Shown: positions 52,956-61,915 of the stretch, piece after piece
Position numbering within the stretch: position 1 is the first letter of the stretch
How the letters are laid out: each line of letters begins with the position of its first letter
Source: Candidatus Hydrogenedentota bacterium
Lineage (GTDB): Bacteria; Hydrogenedentota; Hydrogenedentia; Hydrogenedentales; SLHB01
Direction of reading: 5' to 3'
Assembly (NCBI GenBank): GCA_016209895.1
Contig: JACQVH010000110.1
Span: 1 to 61,915, forward strand
Length of the DNA: 61,915 nucleotides
Translations under genes and position numbers: made by a program
The notes under the pieces: generated by a model
Seen by the model: only the letters and a program-made list of their open reading frames with translations
Told to the model about the DNA's origin: nothing
Databases searched by the model: none

Positions 52956-54134
52956 TTAGAAGGGAGGAAGTTCCGGGTTGGCGGCGGGGATGATCGCCTT
53001 TCCCTCGACTTCCACGAGCCATCCGGGACGGCAGACGCGGGCCGCCACGACCTCGATAGGCATCTCCCCGAAGCGCTCGCGCATCTGTTGGTACACCAGC
53101 GCGCGGTCGCTGGGATCGCGGACGTAGACGATGAACACGCACATGTCCTTCACCGTAGCTCCGGCCTGTTCCAGAAGGGCCTCCACGTTCTCGAGCGTGC
53201 GGTCAAGCTGTCGCAACACCTCGCCCGGATACAGTATCTTGCCTTCGCGGTCCACGCTGGCCGTACCTGACAGGATCACCTGCTTGCGGTCCTGATACGC
53301 TACCGACGTGCCGCGTTCGAAGGTTACGCCGTAAATGTGTGTCGGGCTGAGGTGGTCCAGGGCCGCCAGATAGCGAAGCTGTTCGCGTTTCACGCCGGAA
53401 ACGGCATGCGCATCCATCGAGACCTTCGCGGCCGTATTGGTGGAGAGGCTCTCGATGCCCGAACTGGCGATGAAATGTGTATCCGGCGTCAGTCCCCGCT
53501 CTGCAAAAAACTCCCGCCGGGCGGCCACGAACCCTTGATAGTTTGCGTCCACGTCTTGCACGTAGAACCAGGTGCGGAGCACGTTGTCGGCTAGTGAGAG
53601 ATTCCGCGTGTGCAAGAAGGCATTGTATTGCTCCAATATCCCCCGCGTCTGCTCGTAGGAACTGTTCCCCGTCGGGCAGGTTACCCCAGTCGTCCAATGA
53701 TGGACCAGCGTTTCACGCCGAAACGTCAGGGATGCGCCTTCTTGCGTCTTATCCAACTCGACCTCCGGGTCGCTGACGTGGTACGCCCAAAGCGCCACCT
53801 TCGCCGGAGGAAACGGTGGCTGACACACCCACGATACCGCGCACGGCTCGGCCGCATTGCGAGGATTCGAAAATGGACAGGCTTCGAGCGCCGATACCTG
53901 ATTCGAAAGATCGCTGCAGAAAAACCGCCTCAGTACTGCGGTCTGCATATCCAACCCGAACGAATCGAGTGCCTCCCGGTACGCATGGAGAAGCCATTCT
54001 AACTGAATTTGAATGGCGCCGTATTCCGTGGGTCGCACAACGAAATGAAACTCGCTCACTCCGCTCGGCCCCCGGAACCGCGAGACATTCACCGAAGCAT
54101 GACGTATCTTGCCGTTATAAGAGTAGAAGTCCAT
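52956..54134 (-). CDS. Rid/YjgF (endoribonuclease L-PSP/chorismatase-like) multi-domain protein
   Basis: RTWFYVQDVD.NY, THFIASSGI, TFERGT, LSGTASVD and VCRPGWLVEVE. Confidence 0.8.
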   Translation of the reverse strand: MDFYSYNGKIRHASVNVSRFRGPSGVSEFHFVVRPTEYGAIQIQLEWLLHAYREALDSFGLDMQTAVLRRFFCSDLSNQVSALEACPFSNPRNAAEPCAVSWVCQPPFPPAKVALWAYHVSDPEVELDKTQEGASLTFRRETLVHHWTTGVTCPTGNSSYEQTRGILEQYNAFLHTRNLSLADNVLRTWFYVQDVDANYQGFVAARREFFAERGLTPDTHFIASSGIESLSTNTAAKVSMDAHAVSGVKREQLRYLAALDHLSPTHIYGVTFERGTSVAYQDRKQVILSGTASVDREGKILYPGEVLRQLDRTLENVEALLEQAGATVKDMCVFIVYVRDPSDRALVYQQMRERFGEMPIEVVAARVCRPGWLVEVEGKAIIPAANPELPPF

Positions 54135-54153
54135 CCAGGAAATCCATCCGTTT

Positions 54154-56514
54154 CTATTGCTTTACGACCTCGAATGGGATGGCGGGCAACACCCCGAGCG
54201 AAACACGCCGATTCTGGTTAGACGGCTTGCCGTCCGGTGGTGCGTTCGGTTTCTCCACGAACGCCTCGACGATCAAATTGCCTGCAAGCCCGGATTGCGC
54301 GGCGCCGGCGTCCGCCTTCAGCAAGAACGACAGTCCTTCCGGCGCCACCTGCACTCCTTCCAGCGTCAATCCCTTGGGGGGCTCGTCGAGTTCGAGTTTG
54401 ACCTGGGCGAGCATCGGCGATCGCGGCGCGCGGACCCGTACCTCCGCCGTACCCCCTTCACTAATCCGAACCGGATAATTGCCGGCCAATTGAATCGGCC
54501 TCCCCCGGAACAGGGGACCCGTCACGGCAACCATGAGTTCTTGGGCTGGCACCAAGTGCCGATAGAGGAATGCCTGCATCATGTCGTCGGCGGGTGCGAC
54601 CGGATGGGTGACCCATTTCCCGTTGAGCCAGACTCGACCTTCCAACTGCAAGAATACCGGCTGCGGGAGTGGCTGGCTGGGCGCCGTCAGGGTCATGCGA
54701 ACCCGCTCACATCCAGACGGTATCCTTCCGCCGTTTAGCGCGAAACCGGGCGGGGCATCTTTCAAAGTGATTTCGATCTCGCCTTCGAAGCCGTCTTTTC
54801 GGAGCGCGTATACACAGATAGGCGCGGCGCGTCCCGCTGGCACGTTAATACTCGATGGCGTCACGCGCAACGCGAAATCCGGCCGCGGCGGGGCAATGGT
54901 CAAACGGTAGGAATATGCGCTGCCGCCGTGTTGCTGGACGTCGGCCAGATGAACATAGTAACTCCCGGTTTCCGGTAGCTGCGCGCGCAGATACGAATCC
55001 GCGTGGTGCGTCAGGAGTCCGCTTTCCTTATCCTCCTGATCGTCGTTCCATTCCAACACACGCCCGGATGCGTCGGTCAGCCGCAACAGCGAGTCCAGCG
55101 GCGATTGCAACCGGCGAGCGCTTACCTCGGCCACGATTTGTTCGCCAACATGGCCCTCGAATCGAAAGACGTCCACGTCGTCCGGCGCGGCGATGCGACC
55201 ATTCACGGTCAGCGGAAGCGTGACCCCCTGCGCCTCGCGCACGGTATCATTGGGCTCCGTCTCGTCGCATTCCGGCAGCGTGTCTATCGCATACGGGACA
55301 GAATTGGAGAGACACGCCTCGCCGCGCAGCTCCGCCCATCGGATTCGGTCGGCCCAAGGCTCCGTGTCCAGAAGCAACTGCCTCGCCGGGAGATTCCAAC
55401 CGGCGACGGACGCCGTTGTCTTCTCACCTGCATGCGCCCCAAGCGGATACAGTTCGGTGATAAACGGCAACTCGCCGACGGCCACGCGGTAAACGAAATC
55501 GTCCCGTCCACGATAGATCGAATCGCGAATTTCCAGCGAATACTCGCCGTCTTCAGGAATCTCGTAGAAAACGACCGGGTCAGGATCAAACCGATAATCG
55601 TCGTCAAAAGCGATTTCCCGGCCCGGGCCATCGTACAAGGCCAGCGTCGCCTGAAACCAGCCGGGAACGGCATCCGCCAGATAGGGAACGAGCCGCCGCG
55701 CCTGCGTCTCGACCACGATGTCTTGACCACGCCGAGCCTGAAAGCGAAAACGGTCTACGTCCCCCGGCATAATCTGTCCGTTTATCACTACGGGCGAAGC
55801 CAGAGCCGCGTCCGGCGGCGGACCTTTGGGTCCGGGCGCGAACGCCACGGGGCCGTTGGGTTCGAGCTCGCTCACTTCCGGCAGCAACCCCACCTGGAAA
55901 CGCATCGGATTCGTCAGGCCGGCGGGCGTCAGGAGCCGGAGTTCTCGATCGCCGGGTGTTGCCGTAGGCTCCACCGTGACGGCAATAAGTACTGTTTCTT
56001 CGAGTTGGGGGTTAGGCTGCTTTTTCCTGAATTTGAGCAACTCGTGGCGGACATGGGCCAACTGCCGAAGGCTCATATTATCCAAGCCCCGCAACAACGG
56101 GTGTTCGGGAAGGTCCACTTCACTCATCGGTGTGGGTCCGGGATCGGCAAGACCATCAGGCAGGACGTCGTTCCGCAGCGGCATGGATTTCTGAAGCTCG
56201 AGCGGCAGTTCGGCGAGCCGCTTCTTCCATAACTCTTGCAACCGACTCCGCAGAGCCTGGACTCGATCCTGGGCGAGAAATCGAACCGGTCTGTAGTATT
56301 GGATAACCGAAGCGCGAACGCCTTCGCCCGATACGTACACCCTGTTCACTCCCCGCAGGAACTGCCCGCCGGCCGTGATTTCCACCACCGTGCCTTGCTG
56401 ACCGCCGGCCGGGTAAAGATAACCGAGGTGCGGAGATCGTTCTTTCGACTCGGCCCACGCCCCTGCAACTAGCAAAGTCAGGATCGCGAGTAAGATTTTG
56501 GGGGATACTTTCAT
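54154..56514 (-). CDS. Secreted PPC-domain repeat protein (planctomycete type)
   Basis: Signal peptide, YPAGGQQG, repeated E.EPND...NG.I....D.D.F.F modules. Confidence 0.8.
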   Translation of the reverse strand: MKVSPKILLAILTLLVAGAWAESKERSPHLGYLYPAGGQQGTVVEITAGGQFLRGVNRVYVSGEGVRASVIQYYRPVRFLAQDRVQALRSRLQELWKKRLAELPLELQKSMPLRNDVLPDGLADPGPTPMSEVDLPEHPLLRGLDNMSLRQLAHVRHELLKFRKKQPNPQLEETVLIAVTVEPTATPGDRELRLLTPAGLTNPMRFQVGLLPEVSELEPNGPVAFAPGPKGPPPDAALASPVVINGQIMPGDVDRFRFQARRGQDIVVETQARRLVPYLADAVPGWFQATLALYDGPGREIAFDDDYRFDPDPVVFYEIPEDGEYSLEIRDSIYRGRDDFVYRVAVGELPFITELYPLGAHAGEKTTASVAGWNLPARQLLLDTEPWADRIRWAELRGEACLSNSVPYAIDTLPECDETEPNDTVREAQGVTLPLTVNGRIAAPDDVDVFRFEGHVGEQIVAEVSARRLQSPLDSLLRLTDASGRVLEWNDDQEDKESGLLTHHADSYLRAQLPETGSYYVHLADVQQHGGSAYSYRLTIAPPRPDFALRVTPSSINVPAGRAAPICVYALRKDGFEGEIEITLKDAPPGFALNGGRIPSGCERVRMTLTAPSQPLPQPVFLQLEGRVWLNGKWVTHPVAPADDMMQAFLYRHLVPAQELMVAVTGPLFRGRPIQLAGNYPVRISEGGTAEVRVRAPRSPMLAQVKLELDEPPKGLTLEGVQVAPEGLSFLLKADAGAAQSGLAGNLIVEAFVEKPNAPPDGKPSNQNRRVSLGVLPAIPFEVVKQ

Positions 56515-56530
56515 GGGTACATTCCCGGCT

Positions 56531-57841
56531 TCACACCAGTTCCTTAAGTCGGCCCGCGGACGGCATCACCTTCGCCTCGATTCCCCGCGTGTTCGGTAAC
56601 GGCCCTTCCGGACTGATCCCAAGCAATTGATACATGGTGGCAATCAAATCCTGCGGATGAACCGGCCGTTCGCTCACCTCTTCGCCGGTCGCGTCCGTGG
56701 AACCAACCACGTGCCCGCCCTTGAACCCGCCGCCCGCAACTACGGCCGAAAAACAGTTGCCGTGATGCCCGCGACCCCCGTTCCAAGGCGCCTCCCACTG
56801 AACTTTCGGCGTCCGCCCGAATTCGCCGCTCCACCACACGATGGTGCTCTCGAGCAAACCGCGGTCGGTCAAATCCTGCAACAACGTCGCCAGGCCGCGG
56901 TCCAGTTCCGGCAGTTTCCGCCGCATGATCTCGAAGTGCTGTTTATGCGTGTCCCAGCCTTTGTAGTTGATGGTGACATAAGGCACGCCCTGCTCGACCA
57001 GCCGGCGTGCCGTCAGACACGACTGGCCGAACGTGTTGCGGCCATATTGTTCCCGTACTTCGTCCTTTTCCTGCGAAAGATCGAACAGCTTCCGGGCTTC
57101 TCCGAACATCAGCTCATAAGCGTGCTCCTCGCACTGGTCCAGCCGTTCGAATTGCGAGCTGCCCGGCATGGCCTTCCCAAGCGAATCGAGCGCATGAAGC
57201 AATTCCCGCCGCCCACGCTGGCGCTCATCCGTAATACCCGCGGCGACGATTCCCTCCACGGCAAATTGTTTCTGATTGGGATCGCCCCCGGTCGCAAAAG
57301 GCTTGTAGCGGGATTCCAGAAAGCCGGCCTCGGAGAAACGGCCCTGAAGCTCAGTCAACACGATGTACGGGGGGACAATCCCCTGATAGCCATGGTCGTA
57401 ACCCTTGAACACGGACACGACTGTCCCCACGGATGGGTAAACCACCCGGTCGCCGCTCTCGTGACCGGTCTGCACGAGGTACGAGGCGGTCTCATGGGCG
57501 TTCACCCCATGCGTCATGCTGCGGATAATCGAGTACTTGTCCGCCTGCTGCGCAAGCCTGGCCAGCGGTTCACCGATCTGAATTCCGTCCGCATTCGTCG
57601 GGATCGCCTTATTCAGCGGGCCGCAGTAGTCGTAGCCCGCCCCCGGTTTCGGATCGAAAGTGTCGAGATGGCATGGGCCGCCCCACATCCAAATCTGAAT
57701 CACGGACTTCGCGCGTGCCGCTATGCTGGCCGTCCGTGCTTGCACTCCCGCGCGCTCGCCAAGCGCCAATCCGGCCGCCCCAAGAAGTCCCAATTTCAAT
57801 GCCTGGCGGCGGCTCATGCCCTTGGTTCGTTGGTTGTCCAT
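56531..57841 (-). CDS. DUF1501 protein with Tat-like signal
   Basis: SRRQALK, WMWGGPCHLDTFDPKP, YGRNTFGQSCL.ARRLVE.GV, GWDTH and GEFGRTP; GGAGA RBS before ATG 57841. Confidence 0.92.
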   Translation of the reverse strand: MDNQRTKGMSRRQALKLGLLGAAGLALGERAGVQARTASIAARAKSVIQIWMWGGPCHLDTFDPKPGAGYDYCGPLNKAIPTNADGIQIGEPLARLAQQADKYSIIRSMTHGVNAHETASYLVQTGHESGDRVVYPSVGTVVSVFKGYDHGYQGIVPPYIVLTELQGRFSEAGFLESRYKPFATGGDPNQKQFAVEGIVAAGITDERQRGRRELLHALDSLGKAMPGSSQFERLDQCEEHAYELMFGEARKLFDLSQEKDEVREQYGRNTFGQSCLTARRLVEQGVPYVTINYKGWDTHKQHFEIMRRKLPELDRGLATLLQDLTDRGLLESTIVWWSGEFGRTPKVQWEAPWNGGRGHHGNCFSAVVAGGGFKGGHVVGSTDATGEEVSERPVHPQDLIATMYQLLGISPEGPLPNTRGIEAKVMPSAGRLKELV

Positions 57842-57862
57842 CGTCATTCTCCATGCCCTATT

Positions 57863-57893
57863 AGGCTGTAGGCTGTAGACCGTAGGCTGTAGG
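57863..57893. repeat. Left inverted heptamer arm of the four-helix-bundle cassette
   Basis: AGGCTGTAGGCTGTAGACCGTAGGCTGTAGG; abuts the gene's stop codon. Confidence 0.9.
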
Positions 57894-58247
57894 TTAGCGG
57901 CGAAGGGCGCGTAGTAGTCCGTTGAGGACTTTGCATGCCTCTTCACACTGCATGTGGACAGCTTTGTAATCTGCCTCCTTCACGTAGTTGAGCTTCCAAG
58001 CAAGCGTCAATTGATACTGAAGTTCGCCTGAGGAACCATAGGCAATATCGAGAAAATGCCAGTAGTCGGCTTCGGTGTGCCGCGCACAGCCTTCTACGAT
58101 GTTCGAAGCGACGGACACCGCCGCGCGACGCATCTGGGTGGTGAGCCCAAACTGTTCCTCCTTCGGAAACGCCCGTGTGACCGTATAAATCTTCATCGCT
58201 AACGCATCGGCCAACTCAAACGCCCTCAACTTCGTATGGTCCCTCAT
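57894..58247 (-). CDS. Four-helix-bundle protein (23S rRNA intervening-sequence protein family)
   Basis: FPKEEQFGLTTQMRRAAVSVASNIVEG...FLDIAYGSSGELQYQL; GGAGG RBS; 117 aa. Confidence 0.93.
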   Translation of the reverse strand: MRDHTKLRAFELADALAMKIYTVTRAFPKEEQFGLTTQMRRAAVSVASNIVEGCARHTEADYWHFLDIAYGSSGELQYQLTLAWKLNYVKEADYKAVHMQCEEACKVLNGLLRALRR

Positions 58248-58276
58248 CCTATCTCCCTCCAATCGCCAAACCATCC

Positions 58277-58300
58277 CCTACAGCCTACGGCCTACAGCCT
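58277..58300. repeat. Right inverted heptamer arm of the four-helix-bundle cassette
   Basis: CCTACAGCCTACGGCCTACAGCCT; its reverse complement matches 57870-57893 at 23/24 nt. Confidence 0.9.
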
Positions 58301-58305
58301 CACTC

Positions 58306-59871
58306 TCAATGTCTGTACAAGAACTCCTTCGTATTGATCAGCGCCCACGCCAAATCCGCCGCGGCCTGCTCCGGGCGCAACCCGCTGCTTTGAGCATAGG
58401 CCTCAGCCGCTGCCACTTCGTCCGGGTTTGGAAACCGTGACAGAATCATCAGGTACATACCCCGGATGATCCAGCGCCGGTTCCCGTTACTGCCTGCAAA
58501 TAGCGCGCGCAGCCGCGGGCTCCGCTCGATCTTGCGCTGAAGGTCGCTCGAGTTAAGCAAGTACGACCGCTGCGCGTCCGACGATTGATTGTTGCGCTCA
58601 GACTCCAGCCCGGTATCGCGGGCGGGGCGGCCGAACGTTTCAAGAAACGAACTGGTTATACTGCCGTCCGCCAACGCGATCGTCCGCTGGTGCTCCGGGA
58701 TATAGGTGAAAGGTTCGGGAATGGCGCTCGAATAACCCTCGCCGGTTCCGCCGATCCACGACAGAGCATCAATCAACACCTCCGCATCGAGCCGCCGCAC
58801 CGAATAGTGCGCGAACAGCGCTTCGGCCTCCGGGTGGTCGCTGCGCGGGACCGAGGACTGCTGATACGTGCGCGAGTTTAGGATATCGCGGTAAATTTGT
58901 CGCAGATCGTAGCCGGAACTCACCAGTTCCTTTTCGAGATAAGCCAATAGTTCCGGATTCACCGGTGGATTGTCCGGCCGAATGTCATCCGGTTCATGGA
59001 TAATGCCGCGTCCGAGCAGCCACGCCCAGATGCGGTTCACAACGTTCCGCGCAAACCAGGGGTTCTCCGGGGCGATCAGCCAATCCGCAAAGACCCGACG
59101 CGGGTCCTGCCCCGGCGGAATCTGCGTCTTCACGTCATCGGGGAAAATCGCGTCCAGCGGCTCGGCCGGCGCCGGGTCGAGGTGTACAATTTCCTCCTTC
59201 CACTCGGCGGTCGTCTTGTAGGCAATCCGCGAGAAGAAGGCGGCCATTCCGGCACGCCGTTCTTTGGGCCAATGCTCGGTGCGCGTCCCCATGAAAGTTA
59301 GAGCCACCGCGTCGGCGATGGCGGCGGGCTCGCGGCCTTGCACGGCGCGATAGAAATTGACCGGCGGCACGCGGAAATTGCTCCCGCTTGAAGTCAACAG
59401 TTCGCGGACGAATTCGTCGTAGGGCTTGTTCTGTCGAATCGCATCCCGAATCCAACGATGATACGCCTGTACTGCGTTCGGCCACAGATTGATCGGGAAT
59501 TCCGACTTGACCCGCAGCAGATCACACCACTTCAGCGCCCAATAGTCGGCGAATTCCTCCCGCGCCAGCAGCGAGTCAATCAACGCGGCTCGTTTGTCCG
59601 GACGCTTATTCCACAAGAACTCCCGCACCGCCGGCGGCTCCGGCAACGTGCCAATGACATCCAGGTACGCCCGCCGAATAAAGACCTCGTCCGAACACGG
59701 ACTCGCCGGTTCGATGCCCCGCTCGCGTAGCGCGGCCAGCACGTGGACATCAATGGCGTTCCCGGTTACGGGCCACGATTCGCTCTCGAACGGGCGCACC
59801 GCTGGCGAACCGGCCCCTTGGCCGTTCGCAGCCACGATAAGAATCGCCACTGTAACTAGGGATTTGCTCAA
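58306..59871 (-). CDS. DUF1549/DUF1553 protein
   Basis: FIRRAYLDVIGTLP, KPYDEFVRELL, NPWFARNVVNRIW..LLGRGI, RRLDAE and DLAWALINTKEF. Confidence 0.9.
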   Translation of the reverse strand: MSKSLVTVAILIVAANGQGAGSPAVRPFESESWPVTGNAIDVHVLAALRERGIEPASPCSDEVFIRRAYLDVIGTLPEPPAVREFLWNKRPDKRAALIDSLLAREEFADYWALKWCDLLRVKSEFPINLWPNAVQAYHRWIRDAIRQNKPYDEFVRELLTSSGSNFRVPPVNFYRAVQGREPAAIADAVALTFMGTRTEHWPKERRAGMAAFFSRIAYKTTAEWKEEIVHLDPAPAEPLDAIFPDDVKTQIPPGQDPRRVFADWLIAPENPWFARNVVNRIWAWLLGRGIIHEPDDIRPDNPPVNPELLAYLEKELVSSGYDLRQIYRDILNSRTYQQSSVPRSDHPEAEALFAHYSVRRLDAEVLIDALSWIGGTGEGYSSAIPEPFTYIPEHQRTIALADGSITSSFLETFGRPARDTGLESERNNQSSDAQRSYLLNSSDLQRKIERSPRLRALFAGSNGNRRWIIRGMYLMILSRFPNPDEVAAAEAYAQSSGLRPEQAAADLAWALINTKEFLYRH

Positions 59872-60371
59872 AGCGTCCCCCTATAGGTCCGTCAAGTCCC
59901 ACACCATCCAATTATTAGACTTTGTCCAGTCTAACACCGTTTCGCCCAACGAGTTCCAATGAAGTCTACCTTGCCGAAACGCCCCAATCCATACCACCGG
60001 TACAATTCAGGGACCCGTCGTCGCTACGCTTCTTGACCCCTTGGGAAACGAATCCGCGGTTAATATAGATGATATTGGTGATTATTTTAGCAAAGAATTC
60101 CCAGAGAGTTTGCTTGGTGCGGGGCCACTTCGTCATTGGCTTTTGAACAGTTCTTGAGCCGGCGTGCACATATCAGGAAGAGGCTCTGTTTTTTGGTGAC
60201 AACTGTTCAATGAGGCGGTAGAGTTAGTTGATTGGCCAAGGCAACGATTGGGGACTCAATTCTATGCGACTTCCCAGCTAGACTAACCGACGGCTTCGTC
60301 GAAGTCTGGAGATTCCCGCAACTTGCGCTATCGGCGAAATCCTGAGAAGGTCAAGTCAAAGGAGGAGAAAG

Positions 60372-60557
60372 ATGCGCCATTTTGTACCAATCGGCAAAGC
60401 GTTACCGCTGAAAGCCTGCATATCGCCCTGCGAGGGGACCAAGTCTGTCTCCGCGTACATAGAATGCATTCATCGATATCTGCACCGTGTTGCAGTGGAC
60501 CCGAACGCATGCGTAGATTTCCTGGATGATTGTAAAGCGTGCCTATTCGGTTGGTAG
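60372..60557 (+). CDS. 61-aa six-cysteine peptide
   Basis: Strong AGGAGG RBS at 60360-60365, ATG start, isolated in an approximately 900-nt gap; six Cys after a 15-aa basic leader. Confidence 0.65.
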   Translation: MRHFVPIGKALPLKACISPCEGTKSVSAYIECIHRYLHRVAVDPNACVDFLDDCKACLFGW

Positions 60558-60729
60558 GCGACACGAGCCGGGCGAAGCGCCACCGGCCGTTCGCGACACC
60601 CCACGATGTATGGACGGCTCGGAAAACTCCCGTTTTTAGAAGACTTGTAGTCGAGGATTCGTAAGCGGGAGTCGTAACCAAGTGACGCGGCAATCTCTAG
60701 TTCCCAAGACCTCTCCTCCTCTGTGACAA

Positions 60730-60765
60730 GCCTCCTGCCCCTTCAGCCTTCGGTCTTCTGCCTTT
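60730..60765. repeat. Degenerate heptamer tandem repeat after the stop of the last gene
   Basis: Minus strand AAGGCAG AAGACCG AAGGCTG AAGGGGC AGGAGGC. Confidence 0.55.
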
Positions 60766-60771
60766 TCTTCC

Positions 60772-61854
60772 TCAGGTTTTTTCCTCCGCACTCCTCAATG
60801 TTGCCGCGAGTATCTCCGAGTTTCTACGGTTCGACTCTTGACCCTCGGCCTCAATCCGCGTCGTCAACGGGCCGACGGCCTTCACCTCGAACGAAACGCC
60901 GTCCAACTCACCGGTCTGGGCGTTCTGCAACCGCAAGACAAGTCCCGACCAGAGATCGTGAAGCTGGGCGCGCATGGGCCAAAGCAGGTACGCGAATAAC
61001 GCCAGCAACGCCAGAATCACCAGCACACCCGCCGTGCTCGATACGCCCGTTACCACACCCAACGCAAGCAGCGTAGTCACGATCGTGATCCCCAGCCCGA
61101 CAAAGTACTCAAGCTCCGAATGGTCGGCACCCTCTTTACCCTTGGACCGGCTCAGCGACTGCACCCAGATTAGCCCGAAATAGCCGATGGCGAAGGCCGC
61201 CAGACCAGTGAAGAGTCGCCCGCATATCTCCCACGCCGGGCCGATGAGGCCCGACATGGAAGCCCCGTTGAACACGCCGACCATCACGATGAATGCCACC
61301 AACACGAATACGGCATAAATCAGGACGCAGATGCCGCGTGCCACAGTCTCGGAGAACGAAGCCTCCGTGCCGGAAGCCTGACCGAACAGCACATCCAATT
61401 CGTGCTTGAGCCAAGGCGTTTGCAGGAAGTCGTACGTGGCCCGCGCCAGATACCCGCTAACCAGCGCGGCAACCACGACGAATACTCCCACCTGCCAGCC
61501 GCGTGCCAGAACCAATTCGATAAACTGGACCGTCGCATCCCCGCCGTGCAGACGAGCGATTCCCATGATCGCTCCGGCCCATACCGTGCCGGTAACCAGC
61601 CAGCCCACGCCTTTCGTCAACAGCGATGGTTCAACCTTCCGCGGTCCCACTTGGCCGGTCGAGGCCGAAACGATGCTGGGTGGATGCCACGGAAACCGGA
61701 AATACGCATCTACCCCCTTCGTCACAAGAAAACGTTTGACCAAACTTCCCAACAGCCAGCCGACGAGCAGGCCCGCCAACAGCAATCCGCCATCCTGCAG
61801 GACAAACCGGGCTTCCGGGCTAAGATTCCTCCACGATTCAGTGAACTCGTTCAT
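60772..61854 (-). CDS. Multi-pass membrane protein, possibly MscS/CmpX-like
   Basis: About eight TM segments; C-terminal EVKAVGPLTTRI...RRNSEIL resembles the MscS beta domain. Confidence 0.6.
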   Translation of the reverse strand: MNEFTESWRNLSPEARFVLQDGGLLLAGLLVGWLLGSLVKRFLVTKGVDAYFRFPWHPPSIVSASTGQVGPRKVEPSLLTKGVGWLVTGTVWAGAIMGIARLHGGDATVQFIELVLARGWQVGVFVVVAALVSGYLARATYDFLQTPWLKHELDVLFGQASGTEASFSETVARGICVLIYAVFVLVAFIVMVGVFNGASMSGLIGPAWEICGRLFTGLAAFAIGYFGLIWVQSLSRSKGKEGADHSELEYFVGLGITIVTTLLALGVVTGVSSTAGVLVILALLALFAYLLWPMRAQLHDLWSGLVLRLQNAQTGELDGVSFEVKAVGPLTTRIEAEGQESNRRNSEILAATLRSAEEKT

Positions 61855-61915
61855 CGCGCCCCCTTCCGTTTCCGGCAGTAAAGCCACGGCAATCTAAGTA
61901 CACCCTATATTACAC

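Noticed and set aside
57894-58247. Diversity-generating retroelement (Avd-like gene)
   Set aside because: No reverse transcriptase and no template/variable repeat pair seen in the window.
60328-60693. 121-aa minus-strand ORF and 68-aa ORF 60323..60529
   Set aside because: Both overlap the peptide ORF, which has the only strong RBS.

Overview
GC-rich bacterial chromosomal window. The gene content (DUF1549/DUF1553-DUF1501-PPC operon, DUF1080, type III PKS triad, lpxK) suggests a Gram-negative PVC-like or Hydrogenedentes-like organism; this is an inference, not a determination. Left to right: a partial secreted hypothetical gene missed by the ORF track; two convergent CgeB-like glycosyltransferases; dprA-lpxK and a large glycosidase-like protein with an NPCBM domain; a minus-strand run of melA, gltX, ROK kinase, GxxExxY and PfkB-family kinase; thiC followed by methyltransferase, flavoprotein and type III PKS; a class V aminotransferase; LutC and a frameshifted LutB-CCG fusion; two SDRs, one internally deleted; a complete nuoA-N operon with fused NuoCD; CBS and MscS genes; an Opp/Dpp-type ABC transporter; DUF1080; a TA-like island; the Rid/PPC/DUF1501/four-helix-bundle/DUF1553 operon; a 61-aa six-cysteine peptide; and a membrane protein. 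No rRNA, tRNA, CRISPR array, integrase or transposase was recognised. The most unusual signal is architectural. Two unrelated small genes (a four-helix-bundle/IVP-family gene and a GxxExxY PD-(D/E)XK-like gene) each sit inside an operon, bracketed by inverted arms made of short tandem repeats that could pair in the mRNA and loop the gene out. Cargo-less single arms of the same style (6-9-nt units) occur across the window, several directly after stop codons and one in-frame inside dprA. All product calls come from motif recognition by eye; no database searches were run.
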